Source of the DNA: Trichoplax adhaerens
Taxonomy: Eukaryota > Animalia > Placozoa
Assembly: GCF_000150275.1 (NCBI RefSeq)
Contig: NW_002060957.1
Location: 537,968 to 601,967 of the forward strand
Length of the DNA: 64,000 nucleotides
Direction of reading: 5' to 3'
The position numbers were made by a program, and so were the translations under genes. How positions within the stretch are numbered: the first letter of the stretch is position 1; the number at the start of each line of letters is the position of its first letter. The notes below the pieces were generated by a model. That model did not search any database and was not told where the DNA came from. It saw nothing but the letters and a program-made list of their open reading frames with translations. Below, one piece after another: positions 56,501-64,000 of the stretch.

Positions 56501-59500
56501 CTGAAATTGATTGATCTGATTGTAATGGCTGTTGCAGAAAGTCTACCATAACTTCGGTAAGAATACAGCAGCTTGATGAATAACTGAGTGTACGCATAAA
56601 CAAACAACAATTAGTTATTAAGATTTGACTGAGATATGAAACGATAAGCAATATGATTAAATGAAGCAAAACTAAAACTTATGATTTAATATTTGGCGTC
56701 AGTTATGTTTTGTCGAAGTTGATACTTACCTATAATACATTTATATATTTGTGTAAAGTTTAATTTCTACCTGTTTTCTTCTCTATATCGTAGAAGAGAT
56801 TTCTGATGGAATTTCTTTAATAATGAGACTGTTTCGGATTGGCTGCACTTCCATAAAGATTGGATAGAATCAATCGGTATTGGAAGTTTTTTAAATGCTC
56901 CAAGTGAGCGAAATAAGTGGCGATCATTTTTATCCAACTGTTGGATACTTAAATCGAAAATTCGATGGAATTTGAAGTCGGTTGTGCTTGATTCATTATT
57001 TTGTGCTTGATTGTCGATTATAGAGGCAACTTGTTGCCAATCTTTAACGTTCCTTAAATGTAGACCACTAATGATATCGATTGCCGAAGGATGATTTTTG
57101 CAAACTTCGATAACCCTAGAAATTTCCCGGTTTTGACGTGACTTTGGTAGATTGCTGTCGTTTTGATGTTGGGCTAATACTTGTAATGCATTATCGAATG
57201 TAAATTGTTCCTGACAGAATTTAGTAATTGCATTAATGAGTAATAATTTAAAATTTCTACTTAATTTTACAAAAATTTATGATAATAAGCTTTGTGATAG
57301 CCTCACTGCTACTACATTACTTCACCGTTTCATCATCAGCTACGGCCCACTGACATCCTTATTTTATACAAACCATAACATGCCGCTTTAATTTATTTAA
57401 TGTAATTTTAATATATAGCCTCTTTTTCCATAGAATGTGGCTTTGATGAATTAGCTTCGCAGTCAAGCTTGATGTTTACATTGTTAATAATTTTTACGAT
57501 AATTTTTGTTTACTGTGTATTAAGCAGTTAAGTATTTAGATCCTTAAATTGATGTAGCCTCCTAGTAATTATATTATAGAGTGGAAGATGATTTTTATTT
57601 TGATCAGTATAGAGATCGATATTTTTTTGTCAAATATTTCTAACAATGTGACACATGTATGATCACATTAAGTTGATTTGATAGCACATTGTGTCTAATA
57701 AACTTTAGATTTTGATAATAATCTTTGTTAACAACTCAAAATAAGTGCTTGACGTTAGAATCATAAAATTTTCCCTGATTAGTTCGTGATATAGAATGAT
57801 AGTCATGTCCTACAGTATAGTTTATAGATCATTAGTGGTGCGGACTGCTTGTTGCTTTTGGATTATAGCAAATTACTTGAAAAGTTTCTACACACACTTC
57901 TAATTCTTAATATTTGAGATAATCTGTGTACAATACTGTAGTAGATCTAACAATATTTACTGATAGAAAAGCTACGTAAGAAACATCTCAGTTCGAGATG
58001 ACTCTCCTAGTAAGGTATAATAATAATACTATAGTTGTTTATAAATTAGATGGCTCCTATATAAACGGGAACATTTGAGTTGAGTTGTGTGATGAAAAGT
58101 TGTAGATGTATTTATGCTAATAAAAGTTTTATCTTTACGGTACTTTCTGTGTGTATATAGTAAGAAAGCGTTTAAGTCAGCAGTTATAGACTTTTACCGA
58201 ACGTTTCCTTGTGGCAGAGTTTAAATTATAACATATGGACTTCTCTCTACTTTGAGGTATTTGCAATCGCGATCAGAATACTGTATATCTCTCTTCCGCG
58301 ATTAAAGTTATTCTTACAATTAGAAATGCAAGCGATATCAAAAATATATATATGTTGTGATTTTCTTACTATTACCAACGGTATCAGCAAGTAATAAAAA
58401 TATTTATCTGCAGTATAAACACATAGTTAGCTAATTCCATAAGGTAACAAAAAATATTTCTACGATTGTGATAAATCACTTGCAAATTAGATGAAGTAGT
58501 TTCGAAAAAAATACTAACCGGCATTTTATAATATTCATATTTATCCATGTTTTGAGGTTTTGAGTATTGTGATGTGACGATCGATTTCTTAACAAAATCC
58601 AAGAATTCATAATGATGTTCTTTGCGGATATCATCAAATATGAATAACGTGTTGCAGTTTTCTATACCTGGAATTGAAGACATTTTGTCACAAAGTCATT
58701 ATTGTAGCCAGATTGAGTAAGAATTTTTCGCCATTCGTGACAATCAAGTACCAAAAATGAACGATCATAATGATTCTAGGAGTAATGTTGTTAGCGTTAC
58801 CTTTATGGAAATATTGCACTTTCTTCTTGAAGGTTTCCAGATCATCCGGTAAATTATCCTCGCCCCATTCCAAGTCCAATAGTAAATGGTTCAATTTGAG
58901 AAACAGCTGAAAGTCCGAAATGTTTCCTAAATACCATCAAAAATAAGAATTATTGTACGACTTAACAATGTAGCTATTTAGAAAAGTTTATTTACTATAC
59001 TAGGCACTAAAGGAGAATTATCGAACTAGACGGAAATATATTTGCTAATTATCGATATTACAGTAGCAGAGCTATTACTAAACGAACTATCTTTAGATAT
59101 AAATAGATTAAGTGTTCAAAGTAAGCTCAATGAGAAGAAATACTAGTCTACAATATTTTGAAGTGACAATGAAACTTGGTAAAATTTAGTATATAAATCT
59201 AATACACAAAGTAAAGTGGATGCTATCGCAGCTAAATCAATAGCAACAATCTATTGATGGAGAACCGTGGAGTTATATTCCTAAAAGTAATGGTGTTTTT
59301 AATTACTGTTAATTTAAGATCTATTATAGGTAATTATTATTAATTGCGTCGATATATTACAAATATGAGTTGATTATACGGTAGTTTGGATGTATGGCCA
59401 TTGTAAGAATTCACGGTAAAATATAGTTCTAAAGTCTCTTAATAACTTCGATTATGATAAGGATAAATGCTAAACGTAGTAACGAAAAATCTAGTTTGTT

Positions 59501-60688
59501 ATGTTACATTAATATATACTAGGTAGGAAATCTAATACTACCAACTCCATTTCAATTTTATTCAGTTAGAAATTAAAGTGCGACAGAAGGATTGAAATTA
59601 TTCGTGTCCTAAAGGATCTGGCATTAGTATGTTCTGAATATAAGTATAAGTCACAGTACCAATTCGAAGCCAATAGCAGCTATAAAATTTAAAGCAGCCT
59701 TCATTCTCAATAGCTCTTTGAATAGATTGACAGACAGCCGTAGTTTTACCACTTCCAACACCTCCATGTATTAAGATATGACCTCCATCTTGATCAATTC
59801 TCTTCAATTGTTTACCAATATTCTTAGTAAATTCTTTGTAGAGAACGTTGTGATGATTGGAGATTATGGGTATGTGTTGCAATAAGTATTCTATAGCAAT
59901 TAGATAAAACGCAAATCCTTCAATAGGTATAGTAATTTTTAATATCAAAACTTTCTGACAGAAAGTAGTATTGTAATTTTTTTAAATTTTAAGATGATTT
60001 GTTTGCAATATAGCAAATTGTACATGTTAAAATTGAGATGAAATAAACGCTAAATTTAAAAAAAACAGCTGATATAAATGGGTTAAGGTTTAATTATAAC
60101 TGTATTTCTAATACATCTTGATCGCACCTTGGTTACCAATGCGTTTTTGCTCTTTTTCCCTAAGGTCAACTTGGATTGAATAATAACAGATTAGGCTTGA
60201 GGTTTATCTACAACAGGTTTTGATATTTCAGTCCATAATAATTCTACGCAATTTGTAGATTAATGAGATTCTATCTTGTAGTAAATTAGTAAGTCAATTA
60301 CTTTTCAAACTATAAGGTGAACATAATACTTATGCTAATGTACATAATGGAATGACTGTAGACATTTAGAAGATCTAGCCTTTTTAAATAGCTTAAAGAA
60401 GAGATAACTTAATTGTTTGCATCTATGAAAATTTGATGTGAAACATCTTACGTAATTGTTCAGCAATATCCCGGCAGCCTATTTTGATCATAATTTCTAA
60501 TAGCTCTTTAAAAGTTTTGTTCACGACTTTGCCGTAATATAACATATAGGATGCTCTTGACTCAAAAGTGTAAAAGCTATCCATAACTTCATAGCAATAT
60601 GTTGCATGATCTTTGCATACTTCATTACCAAGAGCCAACCATTTTCTACCAATGTTTTTTACTATAATTTCGTAATATTTCTCACATT
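50555..60688 (-). CDS. Apaf-1-like STAND protein: Death domain, NB-ARC, helical domain, degenerate beta-propeller repeats; 5' end unresolved (possible extra exons to ~61800)
   Basis: Death-domain exon 60688-60452 (IVKNIGRKWLALGNEV..TFKELLEIMIKIGCRDIAEQL); Walker A IHGGVGSGKTT (exon 59890-59660); Walker B LFIFDDI; CKNHPSAI; LSIQQLDKNDRHLFRSLGAF..IPIDSIQSLW; DDGYFYQYLIFHVVQA..DFDWITNKL; many short beta-rich exons ending IKWNSDQSAFITVG..stop at 50555. Confidence 0.85.
57950..58238. repeat. Dispersed repeat (~290 bp), copy 2 (inverted relative to 11041-11340), intronic
   Basis: Contains TCCTATATAAACGGGAACATTTGAGTTGAG and TGCTAATAAAAGTTTTATCTTTA, reverse complements of blocks at 11157-11237. Confidence 0.85.
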
Positions 60689-62319
60689 CTATAAAATAGT
60701 TATCGTGTTAGTAGATAACATCAATTTAATACAATAATAGTGGCGTTACTGGCCATTTTATTTGCTGAAATCAATCTCAAAAATTCGGTTAATTAAAACA
60801 GCCATATATGTGTTGTCTCATGTTTATCTACCTTAGTAGTACAGTTAAATTTTGTTATGTAGTGAAGATCAATATGCAGTCTGCATTTAGTAGAATATTC
60901 TGATGAAATTTCATATTTTTTGTTGTCATTAAATGATATATTTTTATTAAAGGCTAAATAAGTACTTGAAATCTATTTTGGTCAAAAGGTGAAGAAATCT
61001 GTTTGCACTTCAGAAGCTATATTAAGCCAAAAAATTGTAGAAATTAAAGCGCTGTTAAGTGATTCTAGGATTTTAGAATGTATCTTACAGATACTACACA
61101 AGCACTATAAACATTTGCAGAAACCCTCATTTCAGCTGGAAAACCTTGATAATATACTGGCTTGAGACTCTAGAAACTGTAAATTATAAACAAAATTTAC
61201 TGCCTGTAAGTTTTTTAACTGCTCTTAAATTAACAATTAAATTGCAATTTTAGTGTAGCTAACATATTAGTAATTAAAGCCCTTACCTAATACATAAGGA
61301 TATTCATCTTCTACGATAGCCTGTTCCATATCAACTATATTCCAAGGTTGTGATAAAGCCGATGAATATTCTGTTGCAAATAGGATAAAATGTAGGTCCG
61401 ATAGTTTAATATCAGATGGTTTTCTGTAGCGGCGATTAATGGATTGAACATAGAACTAAATTTATTCTAAAATAACCTAGTGTAAGATACTCTGAGGGAA
61501 CGAGATTGAATATTTTGAGCGAAATTGATAAATTATAAAAGTGTTATATTGGTTTCAGGTTAGTGCTACGCAAAATTAGATGGATAGCAATGTTATATTT
61601 TTAAATAAACTCGACTAGTACGACATAAAGAATGAGGTTTTGCATTATTGCAACTGTAATAAATCTGTAGCTTAAATACGTAGGTTTATCTCTGTGGATC
61701 TTTAGCGATTTATAGCAGATTTTCAAGTTTTTAATTCGGTTATTCCCTTGGAAAGCTTTAATCGTAATTAAATGTTTCATAATACAATTACAAGGGAACA
61801 TTATTTCCTATAAAAAGTGCTGATAGAGCCGAATAAATTTTGAATATGTCATGAACTTTCGAAATTATGGTGGGTAAAAAACTTAGGTCTAGTCTCGGTG
61901 TTACAGTGTTAAATACTGTATTACAGTAGAAATAACTATGTTAGGATAATTCTGTTAGACTATCCTTATTTAGTTAACTTCTAATTTGGATATACTGTAT
62001 TTTAATATAGCACTGACTTTTTATGACAGTGACACTTATACACATACTGAAATTATAATAGTTATAATAGGGAATGCAAATCATCTGCTTACAGTTCGAA
62101 TCATTGTGATTGTAATTTACTTATGGTAGACTGTAAATTATCATGGAAATGTTCCGTGATAGGACATATCGTAATCTGACTATTCTGTATTAGTCATTAC
62201 ATGTCTATGTTCGTAAATACTGTTGTCTGCATTAAGGGAGCAGTAGCTAAAATTAATATCTAATTCAGTAAATGATTCTAATGTTAATTGTATTAACTAT
62301 GACTCATGAACTATGAGGA

Positions 62320-62369
62320 NNNNNNNNNNNNNNNNNNNNNNNNNNNNNNNNNNNNNNNNNNNNNNNNNN
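62320..62369. other. Assembly gap (50 N)
   Basis: Run of N characters. Confidence 1.
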
Positions 62370-64000
62370 TATAGAAGTAACTGTGATTAAAACCGAAGGT
62401 CGCGGAAAGCTTCCATTTTATCTATTACTTCATGATGATATTTCTATGGTCAGACATCATAAGTAGTAAGAGTAATTGGACTATAATAAATTTGAACGTG
62501 TAATGATGTGAAAATTTTCATTTACAAACGTTGAGGTAATCGCAATTTGTTCCACTGCAGAAATGCTGGTCATGTAGGTCAGTTTTCTAATCATACTTCG
62601 CTATCGAGTTAAAGAAAACAGAAATAATAGTTTTTATAATTTAATGAAAGTTAATTTTTATAATTCTCCTTCAAGTGCTTGTATTGTACTTATTCTAGCA
62701 TTAAAAATATGATTATTTGGTTGATTACAACAGAAGATTTTAGTTAGTATCTTGGTATATTGTAAATCCGACTGCTTTATTCGGGCAAGAATTTAAGATA
62801 ATCGATAGCATGATTTTTTTAACAGTAAGATATCGTGAGATTATAATTCAAACGTTGTAATAGAGTATATATGTGGCTAATTTTGATCATCGATTACAGT
62901 AAAAGTTAATGTCATTTTATGATTTCATGCTGTATGAAACCGAGTGTTCGATCTGTACTCTAATTAAGATTGTTGTTCTATCTTATCGTATACTGTAAAA
63001 ATCTATAATTTTTAAGTTAAACTACGATTATATTAATATATAATTAATGTGTGTGCTTGATTGCTAGTTTAATTTGGAGTAATGTAGAATGATAGTTGGA
63101 TAGTTTAATGTCACCAACTGCACTGCGTAGCACATAAAAGGTGGCGTAGTTCGATGGTTTAGTGAAGTTGAAGATAGAGAAGAGAAGAACAGTTTGGGAT
63201 AATCATGAGTTATCTCATTAATTGGTAGTTTGATTGATTTGTGATTTATGTAGAGTGTACTTTTAAATACGGTATAGTCTATTTTTAGTAGAGTAAAAGT
63301 TAATATTCACTACACTGTAGTATAACTCAAAATATGCTATGTATTATCTGTAGCTAACAATTTACACTGTGGAAATCTCGTTATACTCTGTTGGGTTGGA
63401 TTATATTGCAGAGCTACGCTAACTAGAAGTAAGATACACGTATTCTTATTACTCAGCCGCATTTGTAAAGAATTTCCTCCTGCTGTGTTTCCTACATCAT
63501 AAAAGCTATTTCAAGCATCTATTTCGTTAAGTTAGTTCTACTAGTTACAAGGTAAGCTTGCGCGCGTTATCTATGCTACTTTACTATGGTTATTCGACTA
63601 GTTCTCGCTAATATATCACGCTGTAAACGTACATGGTTATCCATCTCATACTAGCTACAATAAAGACTACTATCCACTAATTTATTTCTCTCAGAATTTT
63701 TTGTAATCATGATAAACACATAATCTTCCGAAGCATCACAGTCAATGAGAATCTTTTAAAGTTACTTAGCAATTCAAGACAGATTGTCTGCTTAAGTTTT
63801 GTAATTTAACTAGTATATTTTTTTTCACAACTTGAAAACATCAAAACAAAATCCTGTCTCACAGTGTATGTTACTAATTTTACTAAATTAATTTATTAAT
63901 CATACCAGAATTGGAAAATAGCTTTGCAGTTTTAGCAGTCCGGAAGACTACCAGTTTGAAATTTCTAGAGAGAATGAATAAATAATGGAGCCCGTGGTAA

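Noticed and set aside
60830-62600. Additional N-terminal domain exons of the Apaf-1-like gene
   Set aside because: Exon-like open segments exist (e.g. 61455-61286) but I could not chain their phases consistently, and an assembly gap lies at 62320-62369; left unassigned.

Overview
AT-rich, intron-dense eukaryotic DNA with short GT-AG introns. It looks like an early-branching animal; placozoan/Trichoplax-like is my inference from composition and gene style and is not verified. Five spliced genes can be reconstructed by hand. (1, 2) Two tandem minus-strand lipoxygenase paralogues (<1-7175, truncated by the window edge, and 15035-23850) share an unusual architecture: signal peptide, EMI-like domain, EGF-like domain, then a LOX catalytic domain with no PLAT domain, interrupted in frame by a 354-nt symmetric phase-1 exon encoding a whole C-type-lectin-like domain. 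One paralogue keeps the Fe ligands (Gly at the Coffa site, C-terminal Ser); the other has an Fe-ligand His->Gln change. (3) PTPN23/HD-PTP (minus, 33293->42468) with a degenerate phosphatase site; its first coding exon was not found. (4) A GT61 (EOGT/POMGNT2-like) glycosyltransferase with signal peptide and C-terminal KTEL (plus, 46502-48751). (5) A Death-domain/NB-ARC/beta-propeller Apaf-1-like gene (minus, about 50555-60688 or further). Between PTPN23 and the GT61 gene is a 3.5-kb block made of a ~251-bp tandem array with higher-order dimer structure and hairpins whose loops flip between copies, decayed coding-like sequence, and TACAG/GGACGTTCG simple repeats. The window also holds a ~290-bp dispersed repeat in two inverted copies and a 50-N assembly gap. 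The best candidate for a novel system is the secreted, lectin-interrupted lipoxygenase pair.
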